DNA from: a virus
Reading direction: 5' to 3' (one strand)
Virus record (IMG/VR): IMGVR_UViG_3300033418_000001
Span: 44,444-108,443 of that record
Length of the DNA stretch: 64,000 bases
The notes beneath the pieces were generated by a model, which saw nothing but the letters and a program-made list of their open reading frames with translations, did no database searches and had not been told where the DNA came from. The position numbers and the translations under genes are program-made. Of the stretch, positions 1 to 8,275 are shown one piece after another. The stretch's first letter is position 1. Each line of letters starts with the position of its first letter.

Positions 1-1663
1 GCGGGTTGCGGTTGCGGTCGCCTTCCTTGGGCGGGCCTTGGAACTCGGCGTACTTGGGACTGGACCCCTTCATGTACATGAGGTCGTGGCGCGTGGGGTG
101 CGACCACGGGTTGGCCGCGTTGGTGGTCCACCGGCCCCACTCGTCGCGCGGCTGCATCTCGTCGTACTTCTTGGCCGTGGGGAAGCGCGTCAGGTACGAC
201 GGGTCGCCATAGCCCGGGGACTGCTTGAAGCCGTGCCGCTTGTACCACGCCACCAACTGGGCCTTGGTGAGTCCCTTGCCCTTGGCCCCGGCGTCGGGGA
301 TGGGCTTGGCGTTCAAGTCGATGGCCACGCCATGCTCGTCCGCCATCTGGGTAATCTCGCGCATCAACTCGGAGGCTTCGCCCTTGCCCTTGCTGCCGTA
401 GCTGATGATCGAGGACAGGTGCACCTGATCCATGCCCTGCCATGGCGACATGTCGATGCCCACGTTGCGACGCAGGCGTTGCCGATCATCGAAGGGGTGC
501 GCTTGCGAGCCTTCGATCCACTCCTGCATGAAGGCAGTGGCCTTCTCGGTGAAGCGCCCGGTCTTCGGGTCGTGGTTGGGGTTCATCTTGGTGATGGCCG
601 TCACCAAGCCCTCCCCGTACTGGAACATGCGCTTGAAGCCATGGCGACGCTTGCGCTTCGGGCCTTGGGCAGCAGGCAGGCGTCCGCCACGGTCGAGGTC
701 GGCCTGTGCGAGGTCTTCCTTCTTGGTGCGCGGTTGGCCGCGAGCGAAGGTGTCGTACTCGTTGAAGTAGTGGTCGAAGATGCCCTTGATGGACTTGATC
801 GAGGTGCGACCGCTCTCGCGGATTTCCTTCGGCTTGTCGTGGCTGTAGGTGGCCGCGAAGGCTTCGGCGAACCACTCCCGGTCGTTGACCGCCGCGTAGG
901 TGGAGATAGCGGTCTCGCTGTCCACCTCCTGCCGCAGGCGTTGGGTGAGCAGCTTGCCATTGCGCTTGGTGCGCTTGCCGAGGTAGTCGAGTTCGCCCTG
1001 TTCGAACGCCTGCACGTGGTGGCCGAACTCATGCACGAAGATGCTGCCCACGGTGTCGTTGCCGAGGGGGTGGTAGCCCGCCTCCTCCGCTTCCCGCAAC
1101 TCCATCAGCAGCGATCCGGCCCGGGTCACCGGGGTGGTCAGCAGGTCGTCACGATGGCGCCCATCGGTGATGAGGTTGCTGCCCATGTCGAAGTAGCGCG
1201 GGTTGAAGCGCATGTGCCCGTGTTCCATCGCCGCCCATGCCCCGGCGTGGTTGCCGGTGGCCGCGAACACACTGTCGGCAGTCTCCTGCATCCCGATGGT
1301 GTCGAGCGCCGCGAAGGCGTCGGGATGGCTGTTGGCCATGCGGTCGATCTGCGTGGCCACTTCGCGCAGGGCGAAGGGGTGCATCCACTCCATGTTGCGG
1401 AAGGTGAGATGCGGGTGAGCTTCCTGCAACGCCTTGACGATGGCGTAGGCCGACTTGCCTTGGTACTTGTCGGCGACGAGGCCGCGCAGGTCTTGCTCGC
1501 TCTCGTAGCGGTCCACTGCTTGGCGCAGTTCCGCTTCGGAGACACGCCGGAAGGCGCGTTCGAACGGGGAGTCTAGGGCAGCACCGCCATGGCCCGCGAA
1601 GGTGAAGCGCCCATCCTTCGGATCATGATTCGGGTTGTACTTGAGGACGGACTGCCAGTCCAT
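1..1663 (-). CDS. Tagged multi-domain polyprotein (zincin metallopeptidase + GNAT acetyltransferase + further module), 3' end outside the window; absent from the ORF track
   Basis: Manual translation from ATG 1663 is open to base 1: MDWQSVLKYNPNHDPKDGRFT...FVHEFGHHV (HExxH at 1019-1033)...ISTYAAVNDREWFAEAFA...AITKMNPNHDPKTGRFT...GKGEASELMREI...AQLVAWYKRHGF...AKKYDEMQPRDEWGRWT. Confidence 0.85.
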   Translation of the reverse strand, partial: MDWQSVLKYNPNHDPKDGRFTFAGHGGAALDSPFERAFRRVSEAELRQAVDRYESEQDLRGLVADKYQGKSAYAIVKALQEAHPHLTFRNMEWMHPFALREVATQIDRMANSHPDAFAALDTIGMQETADSVFAATGNHAGAWAAMEHGHMRFNPRYFDMGSNLITDGRHRDDLLTTPVTRAGSLLMELREAEEAGYHPLGNDTVGSIFVHEFGHHVQAFEQGELDYLGKRTKRNGKLLTQRLRQEVDSETAISTYAAVNDREWFAEAFAATYSHDKPKEIRESGRTSIKSIKGIFDHYFNEYDTFARGQPRTKKEDLAQADLDRGGRLPAAQGPKRKRRHGFKRMFQYGEGLVTAITKMNPNHDPKTGRFTEKATAFMQEWIEGSQAHPFDDRQRLRRNVGIDMSPWQGMDQVHLSSIISYGSKGKGEASELMREITQMADEHGVAIDLNAKPIPDAGAKGKGLTKAQLVAWYKRHGFKQSPGYGDPSYLTRFPTAKKYDEMQPRDEWGRWTTNAANPWSHPTRHDLMYMKGSSPKYAEFQGPPKEGDRNRNP

Positions 1664-1841
1664 AGGTCTTCCCACCGGGTTGGGGTTCGTAACGGACCCC
1701 ATTATCGCCCGCAGCGGGGAACCTGTGATCGAACGAGTTCATCAGGATGGTGAGGGGGATGCCGTGAGGGAACGCCGCGCAGTTGAAGGTACCCCTTTGC
1801 AGATGTCTGCAACCCATGCACATGGGCACGCCACCGATCAT
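1623..1841 (-). CDS. Small Cys/His protein (CxxCxH...CxAFPxGIP...H...GDxG), possible partner or immunity protein of the downstream metallopeptidase
   Basis: ATG at 1841 overlaps the protease stop; the motif resembles small genes recalled next to MuF/zincin genes in phages. Confidence 0.6.
   Translation of the reverse strand: MIGGVPMCMGCRHLQRGTFNCAAFPHGIPLTILMNSFDHRFPAAGDNGVRYEPQPGGKTYGLAVRPQVQPES
1798..1811. repeat. 14-bp quasi-palindrome copy 1/17
   Basis: TGCAGATGTCTGCA, read as CRHL in a small CDS. Confidence 0.95.
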
Positions 1842-2428
1842 GACGTGGCCTCTTCCCACAGCACCTTCTCCACGTAGCTGAAGCGATGGTTGTGGCCGAG
1901 GGAAGATTCGGTCACCGTGCCGCGCTTGATCACATGGCTGTGGCCATCGGCAGCGGATGAGGTGCGCCCGCCGAGGAACTGGCCGTTGTCGTCGTAGGAG
2001 ACGAAGAACTCATGGTCATGGCCATCGTCGGCCTTGGCCACAAGCCCGCTGATCACCGGGGGTAGTTCCACCGTCATGGTGGCCTTCTCCCGGGTGACGA
2101 GGGCTTCCATCGAGTAGCCGTTGATTTCGCCCTTCTTGATCATCGACCACACGCCCTTATCGGGGATGTGCATCCCCACCACCCATGACCCCTTGATGAA
2201 GTCGGGGTCGCCCTTGCGGGCGATGAAGGACTCGATGATGTAGGCGTTGACGAGCTTGTTGTTGTGCTGAAGGTCGATGCGATCCGTCTTGCGCTCGCGC
2301 ATGAACTTGTAGGCCATCTGCTCGATGGCCGTCTCGGTCATGATGTCGCCGTCAGCATCGGGGATGTTGGGCGCGTAGACCTCGGCCCACACCATCTGTT
2401 GGTCTTCCGACGCAAGCTTGAGGTCCAT
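1838..2428 (-). CDS. XkdF-like prohead (capsid maturation) protease
   Basis: VWAEVYAPNIPDADGD...AYKFM...IDLQH...ESFIA...GSWVVG...IKKGEINGYSMEA; located in the head cluster. Confidence 0.85.
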   Translation of the reverse strand: MDLKLASEDQQMVWAEVYAPNIPDADGDIMTETAIEQMAYKFMRERKTDRIDLQHNNKLVNAYIIESFIARKGDPDFIKGSWVVGMHIPDKGVWSMIKKGEINGYSMEALVTREKATMTVELPPVISGLVAKADDGHDHEFFVSYDDNGQFLGGRTSSAADGHSHVIKRGTVTESSLGHNHRFSYVEKVLWEEATS

Positions 2429-2430
2429 GG

Positions 2431-3135
2431 TCAGTCCCACCAGAGTCGCAGCACGGAACCCTTCCACTGGCGCCCCGAGGGGACGAGAGCCTTCGGCCCG
2501 CCGCCATGGTACTTGTCCACGTCCTCTTGCGTGAGGAAGCGTTCCCCCGGCTTCACCATGTCGATTTCATCGGCGCGCGTGCTGCGCTTGGCGAGCTTGG
2601 CGATTTCCTTCAGCGCCCGCTCCGGCCCATGCACGTAGACCACGGGCGACATCTCACGCCCCGGGGACACCTTGATTTCGTCGTTCCACTTGGCGAGGAA
2701 GTTGGCGACGCGGTTGGTGTTGAAGGCGTTGTACCCGCCCGGGGTCGCCGTGCCCATGGTGTTGCGGAAGGCATCGACCGACATCTCCTTCTCGGCCACG
2801 AAGCGCAGCTTGTGGGTACGGTACCCGTCGATGATGTCCCGCCGGTCCTTGAACTCGCGGTACATGCCACGCGGGTCAGTGGCGGGCTTGGGTTGCGCGG
2901 CGGCAAGCTGCCCTTCCGTGGACATGCCATTGCGCGGACCCATCTTCGGCGGGGCCGTGTTGAAGCCGAGGCCATCGTGGGTGTCCCCGGTAGATCGAGC
3001 GTGTTCCGCTGCCGGGTTGGCAGCGACCGGGCCTTCGAAGTCGGCAGCAGCGGCAGCGCCGCCGTTGCTCGTCGTGAAGCGACCATCCGGCCCGTGGTTG
3101 TGGTTGTACTTGCGGAGGCGGAAGAAGTAGTTCAT
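2431..3135 (-). CDS. Tag-bearing hypothetical protein, candidate capsid cargo
   Basis: N-terminus MNYFFRLRKYNHNHGPDGRFTT; lies between MuF and the protease. Confidence 0.7.
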   Translation of the reverse strand: MNYFFRLRKYNHNHGPDGRFTTSNGGAAAAADFEGPVAANPAAEHARSTGDTHDGLGFNTAPPKMGPRNGMSTEGQLAAAQPKPATDPRGMYREFKDRRDIIDGYRTHKLRFVAEKEMSVDAFRNTMGTATPGGYNAFNTNRVANFLAKWNDEIKVSPGREMSPVVYVHGPERALKEIAKLAKRSTRADEIDMVKPGERFLTQEDVDKYHGGGPKALVPSGRQWKGSVLRLWWD

Positions 3136-3147
3136 GGTCGCGCCCCC

Positions 3148-3981
3148 TTACCAACCCATGGCGCGAAGCTTCTTCGCGTTCTTCTCCTGCGCGGGCGACA
3201 TCTGCACCTTCTGCCACTTGTCGCCCATCTTGGCGTGCGTGATGTCGTGGGTGTAGACCGAACCCATCTCGGTGTAGGTGCCGTAGACGGTGGCGAGGCG
3301 GATGTTGCCCTTCTTGTTGTCCTCCATGCGGGCTTCCCACCCGTTGCGGAGCTTGATGCGCGTGCCGCGCTTGATGTCGTTGGCGTAGAGCGCCGCCGGG
3401 GCTTGGGTGCCCTGCGCGGTCTGCGTGGACGCGGAGTGGCCCTGCGTGCCCGACGTGAGGCCCGTGCTGCCCGAGGCGTTGTCGCCGTCCGTGGCCTTGT
3501 TCTCGCCCGAGCGCGGGCCACCGGCATCACCGATGGCGCCCACGTCGCCGCCCGAGGGCGTGCCCTTGTTCTCGCCCGAACGGGTGCCCCCGGCGTCCTG
3601 CCCCGTGATGGCGGCTGCGGAGGTCAGGGCGTCGTTCTGTTGGGAGACGGCGGGCGTGCCCGCGTTCTCGCCGCTGCGCGGGCCGGAGACCGAGCCACCG
3701 GGCTTCGGGCCACCTGCCGGGATGGCCTTGTTCTCACCGCTGCGCGTACCGCCTGCGTCCTGCCCGCTGACCGACGTGGCCGGGGCCGGAGCCATCTTCA
3801 CCGGGTCGGTGCGCGGGTCGCCGCCACGATTGGCCGAGGTGCCTTGGCTCTCGCCGGAGCGCGGGCCTTGGACCGGGGGCTGCGCGTTCTTGCCCTCGGT
3901 GCCTGCGGGCATACCGGAAGCGAAGCGACCATCCTTGCCATGGTTGGGGTTGTACTTCAGGACTTGCGCGAACTTGGTCAT
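3148..3981 (-). CDS. Tag-bearing protein with G(P/T)RSGE(N/S) repeats and a small C-terminal beta domain
   Basis: N-terminus MTKFAQVLKYNPNHGKDGRFAS; five RSGE repeats in a low-complexity G/A/T/P region. Confidence 0.75.
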   Translation of the reverse strand: MTKFAQVLKYNPNHGKDGRFASGMPAGTEGKNAQPPVQGPRSGESQGTSANRGGDPRTDPVKMAPAPATSVSGQDAGGTRSGENKAIPAGGPKPGGSVSGPRSGENAGTPAVSQQNDALTSAAAITGQDAGGTRSGENKGTPSGGDVGAIGDAGGPRSGENKATDGDNASGSTGLTSGTQGHSASTQTAQGTQAPAALYANDIKRGTRIKLRNGWEARMEDNKKGNIRLATVYGTYTEMGSVYTHDITHAKMGDKWQKVQMSPAQEKNAKKLRAMGW

Positions 3982-4010
3982 CTTCGTCTCCTCAACTTGG
4001 GAACCGCGAG

Positions 4011-4448
4011 TTACTTCAGGGGCTTACCGGCTCGATTCCACCGGTCGTTCAGGTCGTTCAATTCCTGCTTGTACTTGGCCCCGAGCGCGCGATCCGTCTG
4101 CGTCTTCGCCTTCTCGGGGGTCATGTCGATGCGGAACAACTGGTCTTCCAAGGTGCGCTTGCGATTCTGGTCCGCTTGGTACTCGATCTGAAGCAGCAAC
4201 GCCTTCTGGGCGTCGTCCTGCTTCTTGGCCTGCGCCACCACCTCACCCTTCACCTGCTCCACCGCGTCGTTCTTCGCGTACTTGCGGTCGAAGGCTTCGA
4301 CGGCGCCGAACGCCGAGGTCACCAAGCCCACCGCGATCCCGAAGAACCACACCAACCCCTTGACGTAGGGGTTGTCCCAGAGCCGTGCAGATGTCTGCAA
4401 ATCGTCACCCATGGCGGTCATGGTAGCGTGGCCCTTGCCACCGATCAA
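4011..4448 (-). CDS. Single-TM membrane protein with coiled coil
   Basis: GLVWFFGIAVGLVTSAFGAV followed by a heptad-rich region. Confidence 0.6.
   Translation of the reverse strand: MIGGKGHATMTAMGDDLQTSARLWDNPYVKGLVWFFGIAVGLVTSAFGAVEAFDRKYAKNDAVEQVKGEVVAQAKKQDDAQKALLLQIEYQADQNRKRTLEDQLFRIDMTPEKAKTQTDRALGAKYKQELNDLNDRWNRAGKPLK
4386..4399. repeat. 14-bp quasi-palindrome copy 2
   Basis: TGCAGATGTCTGCA (QTSA). Confidence 0.95.
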
Positions 4449-5899
4449 TCAGGGTCCACCAGTTCAGTCACGTCGTAGCCCTGCTCCCGCAGGAACGCCG
4501 CTATCTCGTCGTCAACGCCCGCTGCCACATCCACCTCGGTGATGCCCATCAGGGCCGCTGCCGCCAACCACTCCGTCAGCACATCCACCCATCGACCCCG
4601 ACGTGCCCGCAGGGCGCGGATCAGCATCGACTTGCGGTAGTTGGTGAACACGAAGTCGAGGGCCGTTTGCAGGCGCCCCGCCTTCCTGCCGGTGTAATCG
4701 ACACTGGCCCGCAGGCGTTCCGCCTCGGTGCGGTTGACGGCCAACGACATCTTCAGGCCATACGCATCGGAGGAGGCCGTGCCCGCCACCGGGTTGTACG
4801 CAACGTCCGCCATCTCCTGCGGCGGCAGGCCGGTGATCAGCGACAGCACCTCAGCCGGGTGCACCCCGGCCTCCTTGACCCACGTCCGCACCTCTTCCTC
4901 GGTGGCCTCGATGCCCAAGGTCTTGAAGGTCTCCACATCCACTTCGGACGGGGAGAAGTCGCCGGTCACATTCTCGGGGAAGGCGGCTTGGTAGCTTGGC
5001 GTGCGCCGGATGTCGGGCACCTCACCCACACGCACCAGTTGGCCACGGCAGTAGGGGTGGTAGGGCGGGATGTGCCACCCACGGTCCACGATGTCACGGG
5101 TGGACATCTCGCGCAGGGCTTCGACGCTCGCCTTGCTCTGCGACGGCCATGGTTGCAGCGTCTTCAGTTCCTCGGGGTTGTCGGTGCTGAGGGAGCGCAA
5201 CAGCAAGCTGCGCGCATCGCTCACTTGGAACGTCTTGCCGTGCATCTCCTCGCACACCGGACAGATGCGGTTGTCGAGTTGTTCGTTGATGGCGTACTCG
5301 GTCACGTCGAGCAGCGACGCCTCCTCGGTGAAGCCGAAGGCCGCGAGGCGCGTGGTGTGCAGGGCGCTGATCATCTGGATCATGCGCTGCGCCTCGTTGT
5401 TCACCGGGTTCTTGAACTCCACGTAGGGCTTGAGCAGCGTGGTGTCCTCGGCCTTGAACAGCACGTTGCCTTCGGACTGCGCGAAGTTCGTACTCGGCTG
5501 CGACAGGTCGTACTCGCGGATCAGGGTGTACAGCTTGGCCCGCACCTGATCGCCCACCGTGTTGACGATGGCGTTGGCGAAGCTTGCCGTGGTGCGCGCG
5601 GCGACGGACAGCAGTCGCTTGCTCTGCAATATCTTGGCGTCCTCGGCCTTGCCGCTCAGGCGCGACGCTCCGTACACCATCGAGGCGAGCGACACGTAGC
5701 GCACATAGTCCCGGGTGTGCCGGATGACGGGCGCCAAGTCGAGGTTGTCCACCATGCGCGTGGCCCCGAGGACATCGTTGCCCTTCAGGCGCAAATAGAC
5801 AGAGGGCAAGATGTCTTCCGACACCTTGCCCCATGCCGCTGTGATGCGGGAAGAGAGCGAGGCTTCCAGTGACAGGAACGCCTCAAGTTTGACGCTCAT
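4445..5899 (-). CDS. MuF/SPP1 gp7-like head morphogenesis protein with C-terminal extension
   Basis: DNRICPVCEEMHGKTF...PPYHPYCRG motif; ATG overlaps the portal stop (TGATG). Confidence 0.85.
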   Translation of the reverse strand: MSVKLEAFLSLEASLSSRITAAWGKVSEDILPSVYLRLKGNDVLGATRMVDNLDLAPVIRHTRDYVRYVSLASMVYGASRLSGKAEDAKILQSKRLLSVAARTTASFANAIVNTVGDQVRAKLYTLIREYDLSQPSTNFAQSEGNVLFKAEDTTLLKPYVEFKNPVNNEAQRMIQMISALHTTRLAAFGFTEEASLLDVTEYAINEQLDNRICPVCEEMHGKTFQVSDARSLLLRSLSTDNPEELKTLQPWPSQSKASVEALREMSTRDIVDRGWHIPPYHPYCRGQLVRVGEVPDIRRTPSYQAAFPENVTGDFSPSEVDVETFKTLGIEATEEEVRTWVKEAGVHPAEVLSLITGLPPQEMADVAYNPVAGTASSDAYGLKMSLAVNRTEAERLRASVDYTGRKAGRLQTALDFVFTNYRKSMLIRALRARRGRWVDVLTEWLAAAALMGITEVDVAAGVDDEIAAFLREQGYDVTELVDPD

Positions 5900-8190
5900 C
5901 AGTGCGAGTGATCCATCAGCCCAACGCAGCACCCCGCGAGTTCAGCGAGACCTTCAGCATCGAACGACGAACGCGCGAACGTGCTGTTGGCCAACACCGC
6001 ATCGAACAGCTTGCGCTGCTCCTTGGGCAACGTCTCCACCTTCTGCACGATGGCACGCCGCAGTTCCTTGTCCATGCGCGGACCATCGCTCAGGCCAACC
6101 GCATTGGCCCATTGACCGGCGAGCAGCACGATGTCGTTGGACGTGAGGTCCGACTTCGTAACGGCTGACGACATCGCGCTGCTGCCCGTGCCCCCCGACG
6201 ATGGAGTGCCTAGACCGGCAGAGAAGGGGTTCTTCGTCGGATCGCTTCCCTGCGCGTTGGGATCACCTCCTCCGAATGGCTTACCGGCTTGCGCCTCAGC
6301 CAAGGCTTGCTGTTGAGCTTGCGCCGCCGCCTCTGGATCGTAGGTAAGGCTGAGACCTGTGATCTGGTTGATCGTGTCGATGAGGTCTTCGGGCTTGATC
6401 TTGTCAGCCACCATCTCAAGCGACTTCAGTTGCAGGTCCACGTTCTTCAGAGTCGAAGGCAGTGACTTCAGGATGTACCGCTTTGCCCCGAGGGCACGGA
6501 CGATGGTGTGGTTGATCTTTTCATCAAACTCCTTTCGTTCAGGGGCGAAGACTTGGGCCTCGGTCACCATCACCGCAGTGAGAGCCGTGGCGAAGTTGTA
6601 GTCGTCCGACTTGCCGAGGAAGATGGACGGGAGGCGGAAGGCGCCCCGCACATGGTTCTCGCACTTCTCATCGAACACTTGGAACATCGAGTCAGTGCCG
6701 TTGGCGCGGTTGTCGCCGAAGCGTTCCACGGTCACCTTCACCTGCCCTGCGCTGTCGAGCGAACCGGACGAGGACTGCGCCTCAACGACGGCTGCGCGAT
6801 GCTTGTCCTTCAGATCGCCCCCCAGATACGCGAGGAGTTGATTCTTGACACTCTCGGCCAGTGCACCACCTTGAATGAAGATGATGGCCGGGGGCAGGCC
6901 ACCGGCATCGAAGAAGTCCAGATTGAACTCCTCGGCCTTCCGTGACCCAAGGACAGCGGGGAGGTTGTTGATCCATCGCGGTATCCCGTAAGGTGTGGTG
7001 GCATCCTTGTCGCAGATGAAGTGCAACACCTCCGACGCGAGGTTCACCTTCTGCGTCCCATCGGCGTTGGTCAGGTTGGCGGGCCGCTCTGCGCCCGTGG
7101 CACTGGCAGGCCCGGGGGCCACGCCGTTGTCCATCTGCCGCTGCCGTTCCAGATCACCCTTCAGCGTGAGCAGGGGCGTGCTGTCCTTGGCCTGCCCATG
7201 GGGAGCGCCCGGGTTGGGCAGAGGGAAGCCGGTCTGCCCCGGCGCATCGAGCCAACCGCCATCCTCGCGGCTCAGGCGACGCTCGCTGCCGAACTCCTTG
7301 TAGTAGATGTAGTTCGTGCCCACGCGCTGCACGTAGCGCCGCTCGCGCACCCAGATGTTGGCCTTGAAGGGCACGCCGTTGCGCTCGATGATCTTCTCCA
7401 CCATCACCGGGTTGTCGAGCTTCACCAAGCGCATGGTGGAGGCATCGAGGTGGCGCAGGAAGACGATCTTGCCTTCTAGGTTGCGGATCACCTCAAGGTA
7501 GCCGTTGCCGGTCATCTCGATGTCCGCGCGCAGCTTGCGCCGCTGCGACACGAAGGACTCGTTGGGGAACGGCTCCTTGAAGAACGCCTTGAGCATCGCC
7601 TTCTCGGCGAGGTCGGCAGGCGTCTCGGCGTTGGGGTCAGGCTCGCCCGTGGTAGGGTCCACTGCCATGGGTTCCTGCGGTTGCAGCGGGAACTCGGACG
7701 GCGGGTCCACGCCCAAGGTGGCATGGCGGGTCATGACCTTCGCTGCCGCTGCGGCTGCGGCCACCACGCCGGGGCCGACTTCCTTGGTCACCTTGACCTT
7801 GTTGGCTTGAACTAGGGCCGCTGCCGCCGCCGCACGTACCGTCGGGTCGGCAATGGTATTGAAGTCCACCGGGGCGCCCTCCAAGGCCGGATGGGGCTGC
7901 GGTAGCTTGTCCTCCTTGTCCTGATCCTCGTCGGCAATCTCGTAGCCCGTGCCATCGACGTTGGTCTCCATGGCATGGACGCACTGCATCAGGATGTTGT
8001 TGCGCGTGCACAGACGCTTCAGCACCAACGGGTTGAACGGCGGCATCAGCGCCGCGTTGGTCTTGGTGATTTCGTAGATCGAACTGAACTCGTCCTCCAA
8101 CTCCAAGGTGTGTTGGATCACCACTTGGGTGTCGGACGCGATCTTGCGTCGGGCGAAGCTGATGCTTGAGCGGTTCTTGCGGACAGGCAT
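5899..8190 (-). CDS. Portal protein (PBSX-like) with Pro/Ala-rich insertions
   Basis: DIEMTGNGYLEVIRN, YGIPRWI, FNLDFFDAGGLP, FRLPSIFLG, YNFATA; AGGAG RBS before ATG 8190. Confidence 0.9.
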   Translation of the reverse strand: MPVRKNRSSISFARRKIASDTQVVIQHTLELEDEFSSIYEITKTNAALMPPFNPLVLKRLCTRNNILMQCVHAMETNVDGTGYEIADEDQDKEDKLPQPHPALEGAPVDFNTIADPTVRAAAAAALVQANKVKVTKEVGPGVVAAAAAAAKVMTRHATLGVDPPSEFPLQPQEPMAVDPTTGEPDPNAETPADLAEKAMLKAFFKEPFPNESFVSQRRKLRADIEMTGNGYLEVIRNLEGKIVFLRHLDASTMRLVKLDNPVMVEKIIERNGVPFKANIWVRERRYVQRVGTNYIYYKEFGSERRLSREDGGWLDAPGQTGFPLPNPGAPHGQAKDSTPLLTLKGDLERQRQMDNGVAPGPASATGAERPANLTNADGTQKVNLASEVLHFICDKDATTPYGIPRWINNLPAVLGSRKAEEFNLDFFDAGGLPPAIIFIQGGALAESVKNQLLAYLGGDLKDKHRAAVVEAQSSSGSLDSAGQVKVTVERFGDNRANGTDSMFQVFDEKCENHVRGAFRLPSIFLGKSDDYNFATALTAVMVTEAQVFAPERKEFDEKINHTIVRALGAKRYILKSLPSTLKNVDLQLKSLEMVADKIKPEDLIDTINQITGLSLTYDPEAAAQAQQQALAEAQAGKPFGGGDPNAQGSDPTKNPFSAGLGTPSSGGTGSSAMSSAVTKSDLTSNDIVLLAGQWANAVGLSDGPRMDKELRRAIVQKVETLPKEQRKLFDAVLANSTFARSSFDAEGLAELAGCCVGLMDHSH

Positions 8191-8259
8191 GGATACTCCT
8201 CGATCAGCCTCGGTCACGGACGGGGTAAGGATAGCCTAGTGTGGCGCACCGGACTACCG

Positions 8260-8273
8260 TGCAGACATCTGCA
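8260..8273. repeat. 14-bp quasi-palindrome copy 3
   Basis: TGCAGACATCTGCA, intergenic upstream of portal. Confidence 0.95.
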
Positions 8274-8275
8274 AA

